Below, piece after piece: positions 1 through 10,200 of a DNA stretch of 64,000 nt. The DNA comes from Vicugna vicugna. Taxonomy: Eukaryota. The DNA is taken from the NCBI GenBank assembly GCA_013265495.1, contig MU058365.1:248001-312000 (forward strand), given 5' to 3'. The position numbers were made by a program, and so were the translations under genes. A model generated the notes under the pieces. The model was not told the origin of the DNA and searched no databases. It saw only the letters and a program-made list of their open reading frames with translations. Every line of letters begins with the position of its first letter. Positions within the stretch are counted from its first letter, which is position 1.

Positions 1-1269
1 CAGTGGGAGAGCACGTTAATAAATAATGATAAACAGTTAATAAATAAACCTAATTATCTCCTCCCTACTTCCCCCTCCCCTAAAGAAACTCCTTTATGAC
101 CTTGTTTTCCTGAGCTCAGCTTCAGATCCCCTGATCTACCCTGAGCCTTTTCCAGGAAACTCCTATACCCTCAGAGGTTGCCTCCCATCAGAGCCAAGCT
201 GATGGCCCTAGTTTAATCCCCTTATTTTCAGGTATGAAAACTGAGGTACAGATAGGTGAAGTGAGGTCATCCAGCTAGGAAGTTTTCTCCTTGACTTGCT
301 GGCTCATGAACATCCCTGATTGCTTTAAGCAAGGCACCCCTTCTGTCCTCCAGCCCACCAGAGCCAAATATTCAATAGCATCTCCACTAGCAGCCCCGTG
401 TTTTCTGAGCCTGATCTCACCTGCCGTACCCGGCAGTTTTGATGAATTCCAACCATGACCACTGAGTCACAGATCAGACTGAAATTGTATAGGCAGGCAT
501 CTGGTGCTTCTATCAACAGAGGGGGCCACCCCTGTGCCCTTAGTTTTGTCCAAAGTGTACTCAGGCCAGCCTGCCTACCCTGGGGGAAGGCTCTTAGAAG
601 TCAGGGGAGGAGCATGCTTCTGGAAACTTCCACAGAAGACTGACCAGCTCAGACCTGTATTAGCTCAGGAAATCCCCACCAACTCCCCACCCTCTAAGCA
701 TCTACTTCCTCCTAGCTGCTGCTGACCCTTCTAATGCCTCTAAAGCTTCTGGGGCATCTGTCCTCACTGTATTTCACCTGCTCGCCCAGCATGGCCTCTC
801 CTGAGGCCTTCCCCATCTTCCACAGCCCCAGGCGAGGCTCCACTGCCCCAAAAGGCCACACAGCTTCTCCCCTTCCACTCTTCCAGCAGATGATCCCAGG
901 ATAATTTATGCAGCAAATCCTCTTTAATCTTTAATCTAGGGTCCTGCAGGAAGGGAACCTCTTGTCTCTTCTTCTCAGCTTGGGTGGAGGTGGGGAGTGT
1001 TTGGCGTTCCACCTTAGGAGGTGTGCACAGGGTCTGGACCATCAGTAACTTGGACGTCAGCTGGATTCCATTCCCGAAAACCTTGTGGACTCTCAGGGAT
1101 AACTGACTGTTTCTCTCCAATATGCGGGGCAAACCCCTCCTCTCTTCAGAAATCGTCTTCTCCTGGGGATGCCAGGTGGGCCCTTCCTTTTTCTTTGGCG
1201 ACTGGCTCAAGCCCCCACGGTGATGCGCTGCCTCGACAGGCCACTCTTTAGGGGCTTAGTAAGAAAGAG

Positions 1270-1870
1270 CCAGGTGACCAGCGCAGCCCTGTCCCCAGTG
1301 CCTCTCCGCACCTCGCCTCCGGGGGTCGCAGGCTGCAAGGCCCGCCCTCAGGCTGGCCGCCCCCTGCCCAGCCTGCGCTCGCACCGCGCGCCTCGGAGGT
1401 GCAGGCCCCGCCCCGGGGCCGCCCCGCCCCGCCAAAAAGGCGGGTGGGGGCCGGCGGTGTGGCGAGGTCGGCACGCAGCTTCGGCCTCTGGTCGCTCGGG
1501 CGCTGTCCAGGCTGAGCCGGCCCGGCCCGGGCTGCAGCCATGGTAAGGCGGGCGGGCGCGGGGCAGGGCCGGGCGCGCAGGGCCCGCCGCTCCCGGGCGG
1601 CTCCGCTGAGACCCGCGACTCCGCAGCCCCGGCTGTGCGGTGCGGGAGGCGCTGTCGCGCGCCGCGGGCACAGGCAGGCGCTGCTGGCTGACAGCGCTGC
1701 GTCGCTGCTCCCAAGTTTCTCCTTCTGATCCTAGCAGAGATGGAGTGGGCCCCGGCCCCCGTGGTGCTGCCCGCGTTCTTGGACGAAGGGATCGGTCCGT
1801 GCTGGGTGGGTAGGGGGCACCGGCCGAGACGCGCAGGTTGGGCTGGGGCGGGCACGTCAGCCAGGAGCGG
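1270..1870. promoter_or_regulatory. CpG island / distal SEPTIN4 promoter
   Basis: Dense CpG and multiple GC boxes (ccccgccc, gggcgg) around the Met-only exon; boundaries approximate. Confidence 0.8.
1540..1542 (+). CDS. SEPTIN4: SEPTIN4 alternative first exon contributing only the initiator Met (gives MIKRFLED... isoforms)
   Basis: gcagccATG|gtaagg inside a CpG island: good Kozak followed immediately by a strong donor; phase 0 matches the acceptor at 6428 (ATC AAG CGC). Human ARTS/short isoforms start MIKRFLED (recalled). Confidence 0.85.
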
Positions 1871-3979
1871 AGGTGAGGGTCCTCGCCCTTGCCTGGGACA
1901 GCGGTTACCTGGGCTAGCCTTCCTGCCCTGGGCTCCGGGACCAGCACCAACTTCCTTTGGGAAACACACCCAGGAGGCCCTCACACACTGCCTGCCCTCC
2001 CAAGAGGATGGTGAGACAGTTGGGCCCTTCTTCCCGCAGCCTGGCAAGGGGCCGCGCCTAGGCCCTGCCCGCAGCACCCTCTGCTCAGGGGTCTCTGCGA
2101 GGAAAGCCCAGCTACCATCCTGCCCGCTGGAATCAGCTATATCCCTCTCTCTCTGTCTGAGCCAGGAACCATGGGGAATCTTCTTCCTGCTGCATCCTCC
2201 ACCGACCCCCCCCCCCCAACTAGATCCCTCTGCAGTCGGGGTAGGAGGGTGGGGGGAACTCATTCCTGCCACCTGCCTGTGATGAGAGGAGAAGCAGTAA
2301 CCCCGGTTAACCTCCCTGCAGACCCCCAGGTAGGAAGTTTTGATGTTTGGCTGTGAAGGTGCCAGCTCTTTTCCTGCCATCATTGCCAGAGCCTGCCACA
2401 AACACATTATGCTGGTTGTCAGGCCCTCCAGGCCCTTTGCCAGCTTCTCCTCCCGGTCTGGAAGACCCTCAGCCTACCCTCTGCTTTGGGAGGCACAGGC
2501 TGTTTACAGCAGGAAGAGATCCGTGACCTGTCTGTGGGGCAGGATGTTGGCTGTGGGCAGAAAGGAACTGCCTGGGCCCTGTGGAATCAGAAGCTTCCAG
2601 GTCTGGAAAGGCCAACCTTTTGGGCTCTTCTCTCTCAAGCTGTGTCCAGGCTAAGGCCCAAGTCTTGGCCAGGAAGTCTTCGTGACCCTGTGACCTTCCC
2701 CAATGGGGCTTCCTGTGAGAGGCCAAGTGGTGCCTGCCTTTATCCCTGCCCCTATCCTTCTGCCCACAGGGGGACGGGCAGACTGATTGTACCAGGGAGG
2801 GAAGCCTGGGGGAGCAATGATTGTTCCTAGTGCCAAGTGTCCCTAGTGCAGAGGCCAAGAGGGGCTTTTTCTGCCACACACTAAGTTCAGTTCAGCTGAG
2901 GTCTTGGTGCTTTCAACTTGGCTGAGGCCACCCTGTTCCTCTGTAATTAGAGACACCCCATCACCACCAGAGTCTTCCGCCTCAGGCCCCTTCCCTCAAG
3001 CCAGCCCAGGCCTTAGACTGACTGGTTCATGTTGAGCCAGACTTCTTTATGAGGGTCTCTTTGTGGAAAGAGGTCAGGGACCTAGCTGTTTTGGAGATTG
3101 GTGGGGGGAAGCTCCCCAGTCCAGGAGCCCCCAGGGGGTTTTAATTGGCATATGAAAGAATGATTGGCCAACATTAATAATCATCTGGTGAATTGAGATG
3201 TGCCTTCTCTGCCCAGGTTCAAAGCAACGTGAGGTACTGGGAGTGCTTTCTTTCCCCAGCCTTTCTGGGAGGCAAGGAAGGGCCATTCACAATTGGACAT
3301 TAAGGCCCTGAAATTAAGACACTATTCAAAATCACAAAGGGTGTTTCTAGCCAAACCAGAAACACTGGCCTCCTGGCTCCTAGTCAGGTGCCTCAATTTG
3401 ACCCCACCTGACTGACAACTTTGAACGTCTGTGATGCCAGCCTCTCGCTGACCTGAACTCATGCCCCTCAGAGACCAAGTGCTAGCAGCTCCCCTGTGGC
3501 TCTCTGGAAGCGCTGGCATGATAGAAGTGATACAGGTCCCCATGAGTCAGAGGTCAGGTGTCTTAGGATGGGAGAAGTCCCTGTAGCAAAGTCCTCCCTG
3601 TGGCTGGGGCTCTCTGCAGGCAAATCTCAGGGCAGATTTCTGAAGGCAGTGGGGTTCTCTGCTGGGAGAACACAAAGGACACTGGAAAGAAAAGTGGGGC
3701 CCTTCCCATCAGAACCTATACCCAGGGGATTATAGGACATCCCACCCTACTTCAGCACTGCTTGAAGTTAAGGTGAAAGAGATTGGAGTCCTTTGGGAAT
3801 GGAGTCTCCATGTACTGATGGGCCAGGTCACCTTGGGTACAGCTCTCAACCCCCTGACAGGCCTCGGTGTCCTTGGGGGTTAACAGGAGAGGCCAAATGG
3901 CTGGAGAGCCTGTGCTGCAGACAGACTTGGGAGGCTGGTGCTGTGCCCACCGGGGTAGGCAGCGGGCAGGCGTCATGGG

Positions 3980-4277
3980 GCAGCCAATCAGAGGAGGAGG
4001 GGACTGCAGAGAGAACAGAGATCCTGCTGCAGCTGAGCTGTCCTTGGAGGGTGGGAGCCAAGGGAAGGGGAGGAGGAGGGTGTGGGGAAGGACATTCCAC
4101 AGGCTTTTTTGGCCCCTGACAGAGACAGAGGGGGTCAAAGAGAAAGGGAAAGGAGCAAGTCAGGACGCTGATTACAACAAGAGCTTCAAGACCAGGCTGT
4201 TTCCGTGTGTGAGGAACTTTGCCTGGGAGATAAAATTAAACCTAGAGCTTGCTGACAGGGAGTCCGAAGCGTGGGAC
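3980..4277 (+). promoter_or_regulatory. Proximal SEPTIN4 promoter/5'UTR of the MDRS exon, with CCAAT box
   Basis: agCCAATcag (CCAAT at 3984-3988) followed by purine-rich GA tracts, upstream of ATG 4278. Confidence 0.45.
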
Positions 4278-7200
4278 ATGGACCGTTCACGGGGATGGCC
4301 AGGCAGTCCTGTCCCCGAGGACAGGACTGAAGCTGGGGTAAGGTGCTGCTCTGGGAGTTGGGTGGACCTGCCCTGTCTTCTCCCGGCATTGGCTGGGATT
4401 GGGGCTCAAAGCCAGAAAATGATTTGGTCACTTGCAGGGCTGGGGCCAGGGAAGGACAGACAGGAGGTGAGAACCCTGGTGTCCTGATTCCTTGTCTAGA
4501 GCGCCTGTGGGCCTCTCCACGCTGATGAGCAGCCAGGACCAGTGGTTCTGGGTTCCTGGTGGCTCTGCTGGAAGGTTGCAGGGGCTGGGGGTCTCCATCA
4601 GTGCCTTCCTTTCTCCCTTCCCTGCTGCCCCTCTGCTCAGCGTGCCTGGAAAAACCAGACAGAGCACAGTCCTCTCTCCCACCCTCAGCCTGACCCCTAG
4701 ACCAACCCCTGGGTCACTGTGGGGTTGTGTAGAGGGACGGTTTCCTGGAGTTCCCCAGACTCTTTAGCTGCCAGAAAACAAGACCTGCCGCCCTCCAGGC
4801 CCATCCCTCCTCTATCGCCATTTAATTAATCATCCAAGCTAGGACATTTTTGAGAGTAAGAGGGGCAATTATGCTAGGACAACAAACATAAACTGCGATG
4901 TTATGGTTCACCCCACTGGACCCCACAAACCTATCGGTGAGAAAAGCCTGTTGGATCAGGCTTGCCTCAGGACAGTCTCCTCCGGCCATTTGGCCCTTAC
5001 ATGCAGGTTCTGGTTTCAGGCTAAAGGATCTCTTTTCCTGTCCAGGCAAGCCCTGGGGGCCATGGCTACCAGCAGATGTGGGGACTTGAGGCGCTACAAG
5101 GAATAGCCTTGGGGGCTTTCTCCTCTCAGTCCTTTCCCTCTGCGTAAACCTGGCAGTGTGCGTGCCTGCGTCCCTCAGTCCTTCCCTTCGTAAAATGGGC
5201 ACCTACAGGAAGACTGTGGCCATCTTATCTCCCTCACCCTGGCTGGGAGTCCACAGCGGTCTGGGGTAGCCCCCACTGGCTTGGCCAATCCCCACAGGGT
5301 GAGTCAGCCTGTGAGACCAGCCCTTGTCCATTGTCTGGGGGTGGCACGTGGGTATTGTGAGGCAGAGCTGAGCCCAGCACTGCCAGGCACTCCCCAGAGA
5401 GGGCTGGCCCCCACAGGAGGGAGAGAGGAAGCTTTAGGGTCTAGAGCTGGGACCGGAGTCGAGGGAAGGGAGATGGGATGGAACAGGTCTCCAGAGAGAA
5501 GCCAGCCACTCCCTGCCTACCACCTGCGTGCTTCCCAGTTCAGGCCAGACCCCCTCCTGCACTGCCTACTAAAGCCTAATTCCAGGCTGAGGGGGCAGGG
5601 GGAAACTGAGGGTGATTCCCCCCTGTACATCCCTTGCAGTTCCAGGCTGTCAGCAGTGAGCCTCCCCTGGTCCCTCCCAGTGCCCCTTCACCCACGCTCA
5701 GCACCCACTGGCAGGCTTGCCCTTCTCTCCTAGGGCCCAGGCTCGGGCTCTAGTATGGCTTGGTGTCGGGGTGGGGGGTGTCAGGTCAACTGTACTGAGC
5801 TCTAGGCAGTGAGCCCTGGGGAGTGAGGGCCTCCAGGAGAGGCTGCACCTCAGTCCCAGCGCTCAGTGACAGGAGGCGCGGGGGCCCCCTGCTGGCCCCC
5901 CTGCTGGCCCCCCTGCTGGCCCTTGATCTCCCTGGGGCTGGCAGCTCCCTTCTCCCCTCCCTCCTTCCCTCCTGCCCCTGCCCCATTCTTACTGTCTGCA
6001 CGCTCCCTGAGTCCTGAACCACATTCCTCTCTCAGCTCCAATGCCTCTGTCTGCTCCCCTGTCTCCAGCCTGACTTTCCGGCCTTTGGGGCCGACTCCGG
6101 CCCTGGCTTGGAAGGGCAGCCTCAGCCGCGCCCTGTTGAGAGAGGACATCAGTACTGGAGCTACTCCGCTCCCAAGAGCAGTTGCTAGGCTCTGGGGGCT
6201 GCCCAGGGCTGCTCCTGGACCCCGGGGCCATTCCTGATGTCTTGGATCCTTGGATGTGAGGCATGCGGGCGGGATGGGGAGCACTTCCTCTGGCTTGGCT
6301 ACTAGGGCAGTTTCTCTCTCCTCTAACCGCACATGCTTTCCTCTCTCTCCCTCTTGCCTCCGGCCTCCTCCTTCCTTCTTCCCTTCCTGCTACCTTCCCA
6401 CCAACCCCACTCCACCCCCAACCTCAGATCAAGCGCTTTCTGGAGGACACGGATGATGCAGAACTCAACAAGTTCGTGAAGGATTTCCCAGGAAACGAGA
6501 CCTGCCACCAACCAGAGGCCAAGACCTGGGTGTCCGGTCCCCAAATCCTGGAGCCAAGGCCCCAGGCCTCAGACCTCTGCCAGGATGACCTGGAGTTCAG
6601 ACCCCCCTCGTGGCCCCAGCCCTCTGACAGCCAGCAGTTCTTCTCTGCCTCAGCCCCTCTCAGCCCCTCAACCCGGCCCCGCAGCCCATGGGGCAAGCTC
6701 GATCCCTATGACTCCTCTGAGGTAGAGCTTCCAGCCCTGCCTTTGCCTTTCAGTGGGCTGGTGCAGGAAGACCCAGGGAGGGGCAGAGAGCGCCCGAGTG
6801 TGTGCGTGCTTGTGCACGTGTGTGTATGTGTGTGCGCACACGCGTGCGTGCTGAGCTGGAGCCTCTCTCTGTCCTGTGCCGGCCTCAGCTCTGTGGTGTC
6901 GGCCCCCAGGTGCACTGGAAACTGACAGTATCAGCAGGGACAGGAGCCCAGCTGGTGGTCCCAGGTGGGGCCTCACAGGAGTCTGGCACTGCTCCTTTAA
7001 GGCTGGGCAAAGAGCGAGGAGTGGGGCGGAAGGATGGTGTTGGGCCCTGGGGTCCTTCTCACCTCTGCCCTGATGTCCTCTGCCTTTTTGTCCACTAGGA
7101 TGACAAGGAGTATGTGGGCTTTGCGACCCTCCCCAATCAAGTCCACCGAAAGTCCGTGAAGAAAGGCTTTGACTTTACCCTCATGGTGGCAGGTAGAGCA

Positions 7201-10200
7201 GGGGCAGGGCAGGGCTGGACAGGAGGTGTTTCAGGTGGGGATGCTGTGGATGTGGGGGAGGGAGTACGAGTAGGGAAGGAGAAGGCAGTAAGTGGCTGTG
7301 CCTGTGTGCAAAATAACCAGGAGCCATGGGGGGCCAGAAGTGTACATAAGGTGGGGGGTGGTTGTGATGAGGTTCAAAGAACACTTATCTGTTATTGGTC
7401 TAGTATTTGCCTTTTACTGTGTGACCTTGGGCAATCTCTTATCCTCTCTGGGCCTCATTCAATAAGGAGGCTGAATGAGGTGCTTTCTCTGCCTCCTTCT
7501 AGCTCTGCTATAATTAGATAAGAAAGCAGCTCCCCCAACACCTTGGCCCACTGGGGTTGCCTCTTGGCTATCGGTCTTTTGATTTGGTGCCTGTCCTCTC
7601 TCCCCTGTCAGGAGAGTCTGGCTTGGGGAAATCCACTCTTGTCAATAGCCTCTTCCTCACTGATCTGTACCGGGACCGGAAGCTCCTCAGTGCCGAAGGT
7701 AAGGAAAGGAGGGGAGCATGAAGACAGGCAGGTAGAGCTGACTTGGGAAATCAGACGTACTCCAGAGTCTGCGGGATGGGGCCTTCCCCAGCAAGCAGGG
7801 AACCATGGCTTCCTAGAGAGACTGACGGCATCTCTCCATAGGCCTGTGTAGCCTGGCAGCCTACCAGCCAGTTCCCTAAAGATCTGGGTGCCGAAGCATG
7901 GCAGGGACCACAATCCTGCTCTCTGAGTCTCTGACCCCCAAAGGATTCCAGGAATCCAAGAAAAGAGCCGGGAGCAGAGAAGAGGCTGGGGCGAGAGCCA
8001 ACAGCCACCGGCATTTCCTGTGTTGGGAAATGCGCTCCTTGTTGGTTCCCAGAGAACAGGCCCCCAGGCAGCCCGGAGGCGGGAAGGGGGGCAGTGAGCA
8101 CGAGGCAGTCTGGGCAGCAGAACTGGTTGGGGTGGGCGGTGTGTCCTGACTCGGCAGGTCATTGCCCTTGCCCCAGCCTCAGTTTCTCCCTTCTCTAGAG
8201 CGGATCATGCAAACGGTGGAGATCACTAAACATGCAGTGGACATAGAAGAGAAGGGCGTGAAGCTGCGGCTCACCATTGTGGACACACCAGGTTTCGGGG
8301 ACGCAGTCAACAACACAGAGTGGTATGTCTGTCCAAGCACAACCCCAGCGGCCCCCCGACCGCCACCCATCCCGCACACACACTCAGGTCACACCTAGGC
8401 ACAGACACAGCCCCAGATGTCAGGAGGAAGGGGTTTGTGACCTCGAGCATGCCACTGTCCCCCCCTAGACGGTTGTCTCCTCTGTAAAGTGAGAGGGAAA
8501 GGACTGGACTAGATGACCTCCAGTGTTGCTTTGACTCTGACCCATAATCCTGTAATGAAGGTGAAGACACAGATAGGAAAGAAGAGCCTCAAAAAGCAAA
8601 CACACATGAACACCTGTAGCACAGGGCCTGGCATATAGTAGGTGCTCAATAACTGTCACCCTCCTTCCCTCCGTTCCTTTCACCAGCAACATTTCAGGTG
8701 CCACACACAAGATTTATTGAAGGGGTGAGTGCATGGAGGGAGGGGTGAAGGGGAGGAGGAAGAGGCAAAGGGAAAGCCTGGGTAAACTTTGTTTAAACCC
8801 CAGGCACCCTCTAGGCTACCTGCCAAAAGAACAGGTGGCCTTGCCATCCCTTACCCAAATCGTCCCTGACTTACTTTTCAGGAACTGGAAGGATGGTCAG
8901 ACTCAGTGAGTAGAAGAGGAGGAGAATGGATGATAAAGACAGGAGAAAAGGCAGTGCCTTTGATGAGGAAGTTAGGCAGGGTGGTGCTGAGACCCCTAGA
9001 CAGCATTTAATAACTGCGTGATCTTGAGCAAATGACGATATTCCCATTTCTTTAATGAAAAATACTGACCTTTACCACTTGACCCAAGTAGTCTGAAAAT
9101 CAATCTAGAAAGATGCATGTGAATGTGCACTAAAAACTGCAAAGGTTGGGGAGGGTATAGCTCAAGTGGTAGAGTGCAGGCTTAGCATGCATGAGGTCCC
9201 CAGTAACTCCTCCCAAAATAAATTAACCTAATTACCCCCCCACACACTCAAAACAAACAAACAAAACTGCAAACGCGGTTTATGTTACACTGAATTTTAA
9301 TACGGTAATCTCAGGACCAGTGTAAAATAAAAATGTAGGGCCCCTTGTTCAAAATTTTAAGAATTTCAAGATGGCCACAGCAGAGAATAAACCAAGCGTG
9401 GGCCCTTCTGAGTGTGGGGACCCTGGATGACGGCACAGTTCAAATGCCCAGGAAGCTGGCTTTGGATAGTTGCCTCACAGACTGATCAAAACCTTACAGA
9501 CTTTTCTGTGCTCTGAGCCCCCATCACAAGCTTTATCATCACAACATGTGGCTTTGGGTTCAGCACACTGGTTCATCTTCAACTTTCAAGCCTTGACAGA
9601 AGAGCCATTCCTTACATTCTTACAACAGCACTGTGCTAGTACAGGTTACGTGGTCTGCAGAAATATTGCTGATGGATGGAGGTGGCCTTCCAGGTCATCA
9701 TCACCCTTCCTGATCTAGGAATATGTCTCAGCAAACTGGGCGTGCCCTGAAACTCTAGCTCCAACCAGCACCTACACTTCAGCAAGCATCACTCCCTCCT
9801 TCAATAAATCTACTTATCTCCTCCTACCTTCCATAATAATAACAATTTCCCTTGCCTGGCACCTCATAGTTTACAGTGCACCACCACATATACTCATTTA
9901 GTCAACCAGCAGGAATTTATTGAGCACATACTAGGTGTCCAGCCTGTGCTGGACATTTTAAGAGAGGCAGAACAAGGATGAATAGTCCTTGTCATAAGAG
10001 GCTTACAGCCCAGTGGCAGTGGGAGGGGACGGTGGGGGGAAGCAGCATGTGTGTCAGTCAGGGAAAAACTTTAGTAAATGGGTCAGGCAGTGTAGTGGCA
10101 AACTGAAGGCCACGGGCTTGGGTGGGTAGAGAATTTGCTAGATAAAATGATCTGGATTAAGTCTCTTTGCTGCATTGGATTTAGTTTCTTCATGTAGCAG

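Noticed and set aside
1..85. Possible 3' tail of another SINE at the window start
   Set aside because: Only the aaataaacctaattat tail motif is visible; the head would be outside the window.
1256..2407. 383-aa minus-strand ORF and other long ORFs over CpG islands (17179-17890, 36702-37718)
   Set aside because: Low-complexity Pro/Gly/Arg/Ala translations expected from stop-poor GC-rich DNA; no recognisable domains.
3867..4277. In-frame upstream extension of the SEPTIN4 MDRS exon (ATGs at 3897, 3975)
   Set aside because: Both ATGs lie upstream of the CCAAT box at 3984 and so probably upstream of the TSS; the peptide resembles nothing I recognise.
7609..7614. CAGGAG tandem acceptors at SEPTIN4 7609 and MTMR4 22255
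   Set aside because: Distal GAG acceptors are rarely used, and in SEPTIN4 use would delete the first P-loop Gly.
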